From Fonticula alba ATCC 38817 (Eukaryota > Protista > Nucleariida), in assembly GCA_000388065.2 (NCBI GenBank), contig KB932205.1: 64,000 bases of DNA, one strand, 5' to 3'. Each line of letters starts with the position of its first letter. Within the stretch, counting starts at the first letter, position 1. The position numbers were made by a program, and so were the translations under genes. The notes beneath the pieces were generated by a model. It searched no databases. It saw nothing but the letters and a program-made list of their open reading frames with translations, and was not told the DNA's origin. Below are positions 36,198-48,600 of the stretch, piece by piece.

Positions 36198-39100
36198 NNN
36201 NNNNNNNNNNNNNNNNNNNNNNNNNNNNNNNNNNNNNNNNNNNNNNNNNNNNNNNNNNNNNNNNNNNNNNNNNNNNNNNNNNNNNNNNNNNNNNNNNNNN
36301 NNNNNNNNNNNNNNNNNNNNNNNNNNNNNNNNNNNNNNNNNNNNNNNNNNNNNNNNNNNNNNNNNNNNNNNNNNNNNNNNNNNNNNNNNNNNNNNNNNNN
36401 NNNNNNNNNNNNNNNNNNNNNNNGTGTGTGTGTGTGTGCGTATGTGTGCGTGCGTGCGTGCGTGCGTGCGAGAGAAAGAAAGGGGAAGAGGGAACAAGAA
36501 CACATTAGCGGAGGGCTTGAGTGAGACAGGGAGGCACCGGAAGGGGTTCATGGGCATGGACCGGGCGATGGGCAGCAGGCTGACGCACCGCCCTGCTCGA
36601 CGAAGGCGCTGTAGGACTTCAGCGCGTTGTCCGCCTGTTTCTGGGCCTGCTCATAAATCAGGGACTTGAGAGTGCGAGTGCCAGGCAGCCATTGGATCAG
36701 CCCCAGCTGCAGGGTCAGGGGCACAACGGCGTAGGTTTGAATGCGCGCCTGGCCCAGATCCGAGGGGGCCACCACGCCGGAGCTGGCCGGCCACTCGGTC
36801 GGCCAGTCGACGGGTGCACGACGCTCTTCCGATCTAGGGACTTGAGAGTGCGAGTGCCAGGCAGCCATTGGATCAGCCCCAGCTGCAGGGTCAGGGGCAC
36901 AACGGCGTAGGTTTGAATGCGCGCCTGGCCCAGATCCGAGGGGGCCACCACGCCGGAGCTGGCCGGCCACTCGGTCGGCCAGTCGACGGGTGTGCGCAGG
37001 AGCTCGCCCAGGCCAGGCGACCCACCCAGGACGCCGGGGCTGTCAACCATGCCGGCAGGCATGTCGCTGGCACCGCCGCCGGCAAGCAAGACCCGATTGA
37101 GGAGGCTGAATACCTGCTGCACACGGGCATCCAGGCGCAAATCCTCCCCGCCCTTGACCAGGAACGTGTGGGACCGGGCATCCGACGCGCGCAGGGTGAT
37201 GCGCTTCGGTTTGCGCAGGGACGACAGTGTGGCCATCACGGGCGACAGGCCAACCACCCGAGGGGGCTGCCACGCGCCCGCGCTGCCGGTCGACACCATC
37301 GCCACATTGGTCCAACGCGCGGCGGCGAAGGGGATCTGCTCGCACGGGGACTCGTGTCCCGGCAAAGTGATGGGATTCTGTCGGGGGAAAGGGGGGAGAT
37401 CGGAAGAGCACACGTGGGTGATGCGCTTCGGTTTGCGCAGGGACGACAGTGTGGCCATCACGGGCGACAGGCCAACCACCCGAGGGGGCTGCCACGCGCC
37501 CGCGCTGCCGGTCGACACCATCGCCACATTGGTCCAACGCGCGGCGGCGAAGGGGATCTGCTCGCACGGGGACTCGTGTCCCGGCAAAGTGATGGGATTC
37601 TGTCGGGGGAAAGGGGGGGGGGGGGGGGATTAGGAGACAATGGAGCGTCAAGAAGAAGCATCAGGCTCTGTCCATCGCCACTTGCAGGGCAGCCACACAC
37701 ACACACACACATCAGGGGAGGATGATGCCCCTGCTGTCCTTCCCCATCGAAGACCCTGCGTGTCATCGTCTCACCCCAAGGCAGGGACATACCTCGCTGG
37801 CTGGACCACCCACGGCGAAGAGGCGCCGAAGCCCGGGGGCAAAGTAGTCCAGGGAATTCTGCCGACCGGCCGGAATCGCAACCGGCCGGGCCTCGCGCGA
37901 AGCCTGCAGCACCTCATTCACAAATTGTCGGAGCTCATGCAGACCCTTGTGTGTGGCAATATATGGCAAAGGCAGGGGCGCATGGGACCAACTTACGGCC
38001 ATGGAATGCCGACGTGGGAGAAGGCTCGTGATGCCATCGAGCGCGGGCACCAATCGGCGCTTGTTTAGCAGGAAAAATTCGGCATCTGGTTGTCCGACAG
38101 GGGCGGCGGCGGGGGCGGCGGGGGCGGCGGCGAGGACAGCGAGGAAAAAAGAGAGCCGAAGCAGGGGTGAGTGTCGAAGTTAGGAACAACCAAAGGAGAA
38201 AAGTGCACAGAACAAGGGTCATCAGGGGGGGGGGGACCGGGGAAAAAAAAGCAGCATCGGGGCAGGGAGCCGGGCGCACGAATGGACTCATCGGAAGACC
38301 GATCGGCCGAGGCAGCACGTCGGCCGGCTTTCTGCGGTCCGGCTCCGGCGCGGAATTGCTCGAGCATCTGGCCGAGGCGTCGGTTCAGCCGGGTGGCCAC
38401 ATTGATGTGGTGCGAGAAGTCCGTCCGGTCGTCGGACAAGGCCCGGCCCCCGGGAGCCTGGGCCTGGACAACCCGCTCGAGGGACGCCTGGTGCGCGGTC
38501 AGCAGGCCATGCAGGCCGATGGCCAGGTCCTTGAGCCGATGTTCGGGATTCGTGAGCAGGTCCAGCTGGCTGGTCCACGGGTCATGATCCACTGGGTCAA
38601 GCTGTGCCGGGCAAGTCGATTGACAAGCGTGGCATGGCCCATGGTCCGGCACAGATGTATGTATGTATGTATGTTTGTGTGTGTGTGTGTGCGTCAGTAT
38701 TTGGAAGCACGTGCCCGCCCACCATGCCCTGACCCTTCCGGCGCCGCCGCGGGAACACGCACCTGGCTCGAAAGGGCCGACAGCTCGGCCAAATCTTTAC
38801 TCGAAAAGAGCATCGACTGACGCAAGTGCTCCAGCGTCACCCGCAGGGGGAGCCGCACGGACTCGGGGAAGTCCGCCGCAATGCGCCGGAGAAGGGCCAG
38901 CAGAGCGGCGCGCTCGCCCGGGCCCCCGGCCCGAGGCTGCAGCCGGCCCACCACCTGCGATACCCAGCGTGTCAGAGGCCATGTTTGCAAGTCCGGGCGC
39001 TGGGCAAATGCCAGGAGCAGGCCTGCCGGACTGGCTGCCTGTCCGGAGGCGCTTTCACCCTCATCAGCAAAGAGGGCCATCAGGTCGAGCACTCGGGGGA

Positions 39101-41637
39101 GATGATCGGCGGCTGGGCCAGCACATTGCCACCACCGGTTGGAAGAGTTAGAGCTGGCCAGCCGAGGCGCCGGAAAGCCCCATGCGAAGGCACCCCCCCC
39201 CCACCCACCCACCCTCGCACGGGCACGGGCCACAACGCACTCTGGACACTTGGCCATTCGACCATGGCATTCAGCAGCTGGGTGATGCAGGCCGCGGCGA
39301 ACAGCTGCCGGTGGCGGGCGTGCAGATTTCTCCGAGTCCCAGGCGCGCCCGCCCGGCCGGCGGCAGGAGTGGCTGCCGAGCTGGCGGTCGTCTGCCGCAA
39401 GGCCCGATCGCAGAAGGCCGCATATGCCAAGCGCACGCGCGCCCGGGCCAGGCGGGCGGACAGCCACCAAGACCCACCGGCCATCGGGGCCTGGTTGTCT
39501 GGCGCCGCCGGGCAGCCGAGCATGTCGTCGGCCCGCTCGAAGCTGCAGATGTGGATGGTCAGTAGGGTGGGGGGGGGGGNNNNNNNNNNNNNNNNNNNNN
39601 NNNNNNNNNNNNNNNNNNNNNNNNNNNNNNNNNNNNNNNNNNNNNNNNNNNNNNNNNNNNNNNNNNNNNGGGGGGGGGGGGGGGGGGGGGGCAGATGCAC
39701 CGTGGTGGATGGAGGCGAGAGGCAGGAGGCGCGGGCGGGAGACGGGCAAAGGGGAGCAAAGAGGAGAGAAGGCCGCGAGCGGCCTCCTGTGCGGGCGGCG
39801 CTGCCAGCATGCCCAACGTACAGGCCATAGATGATCATCAGGAATTGCGATTGCGCGGTGGCCGGACGACTGGCTGACCCGGCACCCGGCGCATCCAGCA
39901 GCCGCGTCCGGTGGAGCAGAGCTTCAAGCTGCGTGGCGGCCGGTGGTGCGGCCAGCCCGGCGGCCCGATGGAGGCCCTGCAGTTGCGACACCAGCTGAGC
40001 GGTGGCGGCCACCACCAGGGCACGGGTCGCCCGGTCCGCGATGGGCAGCGGGGCATCCCCGTTGGACGGCTGGCCGGGCAAGGTCGCCACATAGACACGC
40101 GCTTGGGAGGCCGCCCGGCCAGCGGCCGTCAGCAACTCCCCATACCGGCCGGAGGGGGCTCCTCCCAGGCGAGCGAGGAACTGGGCCGATTGCAAGCTAG
40201 CCACCGAGGCCAGCGCATGCAGGGCATGATACTGCAGCATCGGCGGCGCCGGGAGATGGGGAGGGGGGGGGGGAGCGAGGGATGGATGCCAACCGGTGGT
40301 CAGACCCAGGGGGGGGGGGCTTGTGTAGGGAGGCCACAAGGAGTCGGGGCCGGGAGGGGGACAGACGGAAGGCAAGAGGCCTTGCGGCCAGGGGAAAGGA
40401 AAAAAAAAGGACGAACCTGGGTCTGACGGAGGTCCAGCCCGGAGGGAAGGCGCTCCGGGGGGGCCGGGCCCGGGGGCAGCCTGCCATAGAGGCCGAGCGT
40501 GTTGAGGGCGCTGTGCCAATTCTGCTGGCTCAGAGCCGCATGCGAGGCCGACAGGAGCGATCCACTGGCCGGGAGGTGGGGCATCGGGAGAGGAAAAAAA
40601 AAGCAGCACCATGAACTGGGCGTCAGCAAAAGGGGTCGCCTGCGGGCAGGGGGGAAGTGGGGTTGTCTTTTCTTTTTCCTCCCCTCCCCCCGCGAGGGGG
40701 TACGCACCGGGTCAGATCGATGAAGGACTTCTGCAGCGACGCTGCAATGCCAGAGCGGGTGGCCAGGCCGGTGCGGGCCAGCTCATCCAGGAGCAGGCTG
40801 AAGTTCTGGGTGCGGCCATGGAGAAGCGGGCGCCAGACCGATCTGATGCCCGCCAAGGACCGAGGACAGACGCGGGGGGCCCAGCAGGGCGCGAGGAGAT
40901 GTCAGCATGGGCTTGGCGGCGGGCATTTGGGCCATCAAGCGGAGCAGAGGCCCGGGCCGGCCAGCGGCAGGGCCGACGGCACGTACCCGACACATGCGTC
41001 GGCTGCTGGCAGGCGCCCGGTCCAGCGAACAAGCAGGTGCTGCACCAGGGCACGCGCGGCGCCCGGGTCCGGGCGCGCTTGCAGCAGGGCCAGCGTCTCA
41101 AGGGTTTCCTCCAGCTCGAAGGCCGCTTGCGAGGAGGTGACCGCTTCGGCCGCCCCGCCGGGGAAGAGCCGGAACTCGTCGGTCGCTCGGCCGGCCTCCA
41201 ATCGCAGCCCGGGATGCAGGCGGAACAGCGAGGCCGATCGGGTGTAGCTGGACAGCAGCAGGGCCCGAGCCTGGGTGGGATCGCCCTGGAGCAGGGCGGC
41301 CGCCGTGCGCTCGACCGCCAGCGATCGGCTCAGATCCCGGGCCATGGTAGTCAGGTCGCCGGTTGGGGGGGGGCCGGGTTCCGCGTGCAGGGGCTCCTCG
41401 GCCAGGGCCAGGGCCTGGGCTTCGGCGGCCGCCGCATGGGGGGCCAGCAGCAGCAGGCACACGGCCCGGAGCTGGGGATCGGCGGCCGCCGCATGGTAGC
41501 GCATGTCGGCATATGTCCAAGTCCGAGCCACGGCCGCGGCGTGGTACTCCAGCTGGAGGCCGGGCGCCGGCGAGCGAAGGCACGGGACAGCGCGCCAGGA
41601 CGAGAGGATGGGACAGAGGGTGAGAGTGTGTGTGTGC

Positions 41638-41670
<33 letters not shown>

Positions 41671-44600
41671 CCGGGCAAGAGCGGCCCGGCTGGCGGTGGC
41701 GATTGAAGGGCCCCACGACGCACCCGTTCCTGGTCGCTAGCAGCGAGGAGCGCCAGGGCCGTGGGCGGTCTGCCAGCACCGCCACGCCGGTGGCCGGTCT
41801 GTGCGATGTGGCCCCAGTGGCCGAGGCGTGCCTGGGTTTGAAGGCCGCGGCGCTTCCACCAGCCGGCCGGGTCGGCGGCCGGATCGCACGCCGCCGGGCC
41901 CTCCATCGAGCGCAGCGCCTCCAGCGACAGGCTTCGGAGCTCGGCGTCGGCCGGATCCGGCAGCGAGTGGGAGGCCGCCGCCGCCGCCGCGTAGACGGCC
42001 TCCGCCGCCGGCAGGTCCCAAGCTGCCTCGGCCAGGAACCCGCGCAAGGGCAGCGCATGGTTCCCGGCACCCCCCTCGCCCGGGAGGAGCGCCGCGCCGT
42101 CATTCAGGCGCAGGCCGAGCGGAGCCACGGCCAGCTGCCGGGGGGCGGCGGCGGCGGCGGCGGCGGCGGCGGGGGCTCCGTTCCGCCCTGTGCGGCGGCC
42201 TGTCGACCGGAGTCTCGGCGAGTCGAGCGCCGGTGCCGGTGGCCCGGCTGGGCCCGGCTTCGCGGCCACACGACCGGAAATGATGGCCCGCGACAGGGCC
42301 GATGAGGGCCCAAGGGCATAGACATGTGCCAATGCCGACCACGTCCGCGCCAGGAGCATGCCCCGCAGGCTGGCGATGGACAAGGTGGCATCCGAGAGCC
42401 GCAGGCCAGCCTGGAGATCGCTGCGAGTCCAGCCGGGCGCCGGAGCCGGGCCCTTGCCATCCGGCTCGTCGGCGTCAGTGAGGGACGGCTCGCCCGCCCA
42501 CATGAGCAGGGTGGCCTGGCGCTCGAGAACCATCAGTACCAGAGCCTGCGTGGCTGGCAGGCGCTCCGCCAGCAGCTGAAGCGCCTCCGGGTCTGAAAGA
42601 GGGAGCGAGGGGGAGGGGAGGCGGTGACAGGGTCCGGGAGCGAGAGAGGAGGCAGAGCGGGCAGACGATTAGGAAAGGAAGAGAGAGAGAGAGAGAGAGG
42701 CGAGGGGGCAGAGGAGGTCCATGGCAAGGGCGGGCGCACCGGCAGGCAGGCCGAATCGCGACGCAAGCAGCACATGCAGCACGGCCAGGGCGTCCGGCAG
42801 GAGAAGGCGCACATGGAGGCCGCCCTGGGCTCCGGCCGCGGCGACCGCCGTCAAGACCGCGCGCAGGCGCCCATACACCAGCTGCTCGGCCGACCATGCA
42901 GGGCAGGCAGCGCTGCCGGCCGCCGGGACCCGGGCTTCCAGGTCCCTGAGGGCGCGAGCCGTGTCGCCGGCGGATGGCGGCCCGTCTGCCGGGCGGCCGG
43001 GCCCGGCGGCCGAGGACCGCACCGCTAGCACCTTGCCCGGCGGGGGCCCGGATACCGGGTGCCCGAGGGCCGGGGATGTGGCGAGCCCGAATCCCAGCAC
43101 ATCCAGGCCCAGTTCCAGGCCAACCCCGGGGCTCCGGGCCGCCATGGCCACCAGCAGTTGGGCCACCTCGGCCGGACTGGTGGGGCGGCGCCAGTCACCT
43201 TCGACGGCGGCCGGCGACTGGGCCAGCGGCGCGGCTGGCGGCGGCCGGGGCTCCCGGCGCCGGGCCCGGCCCCGCGGCCAAGCGGCCGCCAGGGAAGCCT
43301 GACCCAGGCCGACGCCGAGGCGGGCATCCAGCGGGTTGGAGGGCGGGATGGCCGACAGCCGGCGACCGGCGGCCAGCAGACGCACTGCCGGCGATCCCGG
43401 CGCCTCGGCCAAATGTCGCCAATGCCGGAGCAGCCGCTCGCGTGCACTCAGCAACGGCTGTCGCACATGCACCGGCGACTCCTCCGGAGAGGCGGGCCCC
43501 GGTGGCGGCATAGCCTGTGGGGCGCGTGCGAAAGTGGGCCGCGGCGAGGCCCACGCACCAAGCCCAATGAACGACAGGGAAAGTGCCGCATCGGACCCCG
43601 GGGAGGGGGCGGCCCGGGCGGCGCGCCGGTCGGCCCGTGCTCGGCCGGCATCCCGTGTGAGAAGGGCCGGCGCCAGCCACGAGCTGGACACATGGCCCGA
43701 GGTTAGGGCATCCGCCATCGGGGGGAGGGCAGGGGTGTCGACCACCGGCAGGAGCCAGGTGAAAGGCCCGGCCCCCGGGGTCAGGCTGCTTTGGATGAGC
43801 AGCCAGCGGCACAGGAGCGGCAGGGCCGGGCTGTAGGCCGGGCCTTCGCTCGGTGGCCCGGGCAGGTGGCTCAAGTCCAACAGTGCCAGCAGGGTAGGCA
43901 GCGAGGGGTCGAGATTCGGGGCGCCGTCCTGGCTGGCCGTCTGCTCGAGGTACCCCAGCAGAGCATCGCTCCCGAGGGGGAAGACAAGTGGGCCCTCGGC
44001 CTGGCCCAGGGAACAGGCATGCAATTGGGCGCGCGCGCCGCGTGCCAGCGTGGTCAGGCACGCGCTCCGCAGGGCAGCTTGATCGGGGACCACAGGGGGG
44101 GGGGGAGGGGGGGGAACGGAGGGCGGAGCCAGCCGGCGAGCGTGAGGTCAGAGCCGGCAGGGTGGATCGGGTGAATGGCGGGCAAAGGGAGGTACCACTG
44201 CAATCGGGCAGAGCCAGGCACCGGGTGCAAATGTCGGCGACCAGAGACCACCAGCTCGCCGGGGGGGCAAGCGCCACGGTCGCGGCCGTTGCCGGCCCCG
44301 GCGGGGCGCCCGAGTTCCCGGCGTCCGTAGGGTCCCCCAGGAAGGCCGCCTCAATCAGCAGAGCACATGCATCTGGCGTCATGAGAGGGAGGAGGCGATC
44401 GGCCAGGCCGAGCCACTCGGGCCAGTGGCCGGCTCCCCGGCGCAGAAGCTGCGCAAGAAGGCTACCGGCGAACAGGCGCCGGGTGTCACCGATGTCCGGG
44501 CAGGCGAGATCCGAGCCACCGGCAGCCACCGGGCGCAGGAGCCCCGGGGCCAGAAGGGCCCCGGCCAGCTCGGCGGCGCAGGGCCCCGGGGCTCCGGCCG

Positions 44601-45576
44601 GTGGGTCCAGCCGCGCGAAGCTCAGGAACACTTGCAGCATCGGCCGGATGAGCTGGGTCAGGGAGGACACACCGCGGACAACGCGCGGGAAGTGGTGGAA
44701 AAGCTTTTCCGGCGGCAGAGAGGCGGCAGGCCCGGAAGAGGGCAGCATAGCCGGGGGTGAGTGTCAGAGCAGCAAGCAACACCGGTAAGGTGGAATGCAC
44801 CAACGGGGAAGGGGGGGGGGGGCGGGGGGCGGCCCGGGGGACATTGGCCAGTCGAGTGGCGCACCGTGGACATCAGCGGCCGGGAAGCCGGCGGGAAGGA
44901 CATCGCCAGGTGCTGAAGAACCACCGGCAGGCGGAGGGTTTCCGCGGCCGAGGGGGCGCCATCCCCCGGGGCAGATGCCGTTCCACCGGCCAGGCGATCA
45001 TTGAATAGGGCGCCGAGGAATTGCAGCTTGGGCTGCCGGAGGAGGACCGGCAACCCGGCCCGGAAGGTCAGTCGCATGGAGGTCCAAGTCGTGGCGGGAT
45101 CCGTGCCGGGCGAGGGGCGTACTTGGATTTGGCGACGCAGTGCCGCAAAGTAGGCCTGCGCCATTGGAAGAGTCATGCCCCCATCGGTCGGGGGGAGGTT
45201 GTGTGCCGGGCTCCGCAGTCGACTCAGGAGGTCCATGCACTGGGCAGCCGAGCGCGGGGGTCAGTCAAGGGCATGGAGCGGGGTCTGGCACGGCATGTAT
45301 GCCAGGAGACACTGGTGTGCCGGAGGGCTGGCGCGTACCTGCCCCAACACGCGCGCGATGTGGCTGGCGGCGCGCTCGGCCGTGCCCAGGCCGGCGATGG
45401 TGAGAGGGGTCGTCCCGCGGCTGGGATCCACCAGCTGCACGGCGTTCGATGCGAGTGGTGCACACAGCAAGGCAAACAGGTGGTCGGCACTGTAGGAGGG
45501 CTCGCCATCTGCACCGGTGTGATCTTTGTTTGGCCGCGCGTGTGCGTGTGCAGTGTGCAGTGTGCAGTGTGCAGTG

Positions 45577-45620
<44 letters not shown>

Positions 45621-45624
45621 TACG

Positions 45625-45673
<49 letters not shown>

Positions 45674-48600
45674 ACAGGGTGGCGGGCAGACGGGTGGTAA
45701 GCATGCGGGGGTGGAGGGGGGGACAATGTCGTGCAGCGCAGGCAAGCCACACCCGGCAGCCGGGTGACATACCCAAATCGAAGGTGACTCGGTGGTCGAT
45801 CAGCATCAGGAAGAGATCGGCCCCAGTCAGGAGCCGGTTATGCACGAAGGAGCTTCCCGCCGGGCCGGAGAGCGGGTCGAAATCGGCCGAAACGCGTGGC
45901 ACGACTGCCGACGGGTCGTCATCCGCCCTGGGGGGGTCCAGGCTCGGGGGCCGCAGGAGCCCGAGCAAAAAGTGCGGATGGACCGAGCGCAGGGGAAGGC
46001 GCTCGGCCGTGGCGAGGCCGGGCTGCGCCACCTTCGGACACCAGAGCCGGACGAACTCTGGCCAATTGACCGTCCACCGTCAGCATGGGCACATCGGGCG
46101 GCGGGGGCGGCAGGGCAGGGAAAAAGCGAGAGCAAGGCCCCCCGACGCACCTTGGATGAGCTGAGCACGGCCGCGGAGCTCGTGCCGCGCCGCCGACCCG
46201 GGGACCACCTCATCGCAGGCATGGAGCAGCCAGGTGACAAAGCGGGACTTGAGCAGCCCGGCATCCGGCGGCTCCGGCTGGCCGGGGTAGTCATCCTGCA
46301 GCGACCAGGCAAGCACCTGCAAGGCCAGGTCATAGGTGGCGGAATTCAGCCGGGGCGGTGGGGGGCCCTCGGGCCCGGCCGCGGAGCACCCGCCTGCCGG
46401 GAAGGCCTCCAGCACAAAGCGCACGATCACCGGCCAGATGTACGACGCATAGGGCGACAGGAAGGAGCCCGCATGGCACAGGACCTGCCCCGCAGCAAGT
46501 CAGCACCAGATCGAAGGCCCCGAAAAGATCGACGCGTCCGGGCGTCACACCGCCGGGCGTACCTTGGCAAGGAAGAGCTTGGCGCTCGGGGACTCGCCGG
46601 GCGCGGCAAAGGCCGCCAGCAGCTGGCACAGCCAGGCAGGCGGCGGGGCATCGGCGGCCTCCGGCCCCGGGGTCAGCCGGCAAGCGGTGACCACCGCTCG
46701 GACAACCCCGGCCATGGCCGGCTGCCGGTCCACAGCGTCGAAGGCCGCCACAGTGGTAAGCACCAGCAATCCATCGGGCTCGCCCTCGTCCAGGTCCAGG
46801 GCGTCGGCTGCCAGCATGCCCGACAGTCAGTATGGTAATCATGGGCAAATCGGGGGCGAGGAGGCAGCGGGCCGGCGAGCGCCCGACGGGCCATATGGCC
46901 CCCCACGCGTGCAGCAGCCAAATGCAGCATGGCCGAGGCTCGAGCGTACCGACGAGCGGCCAATCATTGCCGGCTGGGGCCTGCTCGGCGGGGAGTTCCT
47001 CGGCGGGGGCCGGGGCGGCGAGAGGCCCGGCCGGCGGCCGCGGCGAGGGCCAGGACCAGTCGTCCTCCATGTCCGCCGGGCGGCCATCAGCCATGCCGGC
47101 AAGCGGCTGGCCAGGGGCCTCCTCCTCGTCGTCCTCTTCGGCCGTGGTGCGGGGATCGTGGCGGCCTGGGGCAGCAGGCAGCCGGACGGTGGCCGGCAGC
47201 AGCGCCGGCAGCAGCGACTCCGCCGGTAAAACCTGCCCCCACATGAAGGCGCCCCGATGTGGGGCAAAGAGGAAGTTCGAAAAGTGCTTCAGCTGGCGCT
47301 GCGTGCGGGCCAGGCAAAAGGAAAGCGCCGAGGCGCCGGCCGCCCGAGCACCACGCTCCCACGGGGACGGGGTCTTGATCGGGGGGNNNNNNNNNNNNNN
47401 NNNNNNNNNNNNNNNNNNNNNNNNNNNNNNNNNNNNNNNNNNNNNNNNNNNNNNNNNNNNNNNNNNNNNNNNNNNNNNNNNNNNNNNNNNNNNNNNNNNN
47501 NNNNNNNNNNNNNNNNNNNNNNNNNNNNNNNNNNNNNGGGGGCATGGGTGGCGAGATCGAGGGGCACATGGTGAGCGGGGCGGCGGCAGCAAGACCGCGA
47601 GGCCGCAGGAAGGGCAGCCGTACCGGCGGGCTGTCGCGCAGGCCATGCACCAGGCGGATGAGCCACATGTTGAGACTGCGACAGGCGTCGGCCGAATGGA
47701 TGCCCAGGTTTGAGCCGGCGGAGGGGCCCTCCGGCCGTGAATGGCGGATGGCCCCGCAGATGGTGCTGCTGCCAAGTACCAGCTGGCCGACTGGCAGCAC
47801 CGGGGGCCGGGACGTGCGCATGGCGGGGACGCGTTAGCCCGGGGCGGAGGGTGAGCATCAGCCAAAGGCCCGAACATACTGGAGTGCACGGAAAGACGGG
47901 CATAGACCAGCCCCAGGAGCTTGAGGACGAAGGTTCGTCGCGCGGCACTAACACACGCCGCGGACACCCCGGCAGGGGGGAGGGCAGGGGGGGGGGGGAC
48001 AGGAAGTCAGCATGACCATGGCAGGCTTGGACCAGGGGCGAAGGTTGGCCAACGGGGAGGACGCACTGTGCGTCGGCCGACTGGCCGGCGCTCTGGCTAC
48101 CGGCCAGCAGGAGAATGCAGCTCTCCAAGAGCGACAAGGCCGGGGCCGAGATCAGGGCGGTCACCGGTCGGGCCGCGATTGCCGGGCCAAAGTGGGCCAA
48201 GGGCAGCAGGTGCAGGAAGCGAATGAGCGCTTCGCCGGCATTGAAGATGACCACCGGCGGGGCAAAGGGGTCCTGCATCGACGAGGAGACAGCAAGGCAT
48301 GGGCCAGTGGGCCACATGGGCCAAAGGGAGGAGGGGCGGCAGCGGCGGCACCGAAGGAAGCGGAGGGGCAGGCCGGGGGGGAGGGCAGGGGGGTGGGGGA
48401 GGGGGAGGGGGGCAGACAGGCAGACGGGGCCAGCGGGAGCAGCGGGACCAGCGGCAGGGGGAAGGCCGGGCTCGGGCTCCGCACATCGAAGACACTCCGG
48501 GCCAGGGCGGCCAGCACGCGGGCCCGGTCGGCGGCTCGGGCGTCCGGATGCCGCGCCACCGCCCGCAGGGCCCCGAGGGTGGCCCGGGCTCCGCGCAACG

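Larger units (their letters stand above)
35690..37380 (-). other. PI3K-like kinase domain region of DNA-PKcs (approximate; interrupted by introns, an N-gap and the adapter artefact)
   Basis: Contains the catalytic Lys motif (LVKGGEDLR), the catalytic loop DRHSDN and the DFG motif. Confidence 0.9.

Noticed and set aside
36817-37415. Apparent TIR transposon or MITE with long target-site duplications in DNA-PKcs
   Set aside because: The inverted termini are exact Illumina adapter sequences, the interior is ordinary kinase exon, and the duplications are far too long for TSDs.
45541-45672. Regular short repeats as a CRISPR-like or telomeric array
   Set aside because: Simple 4-7-nt tandem units with no spacers, lying inside an intron.
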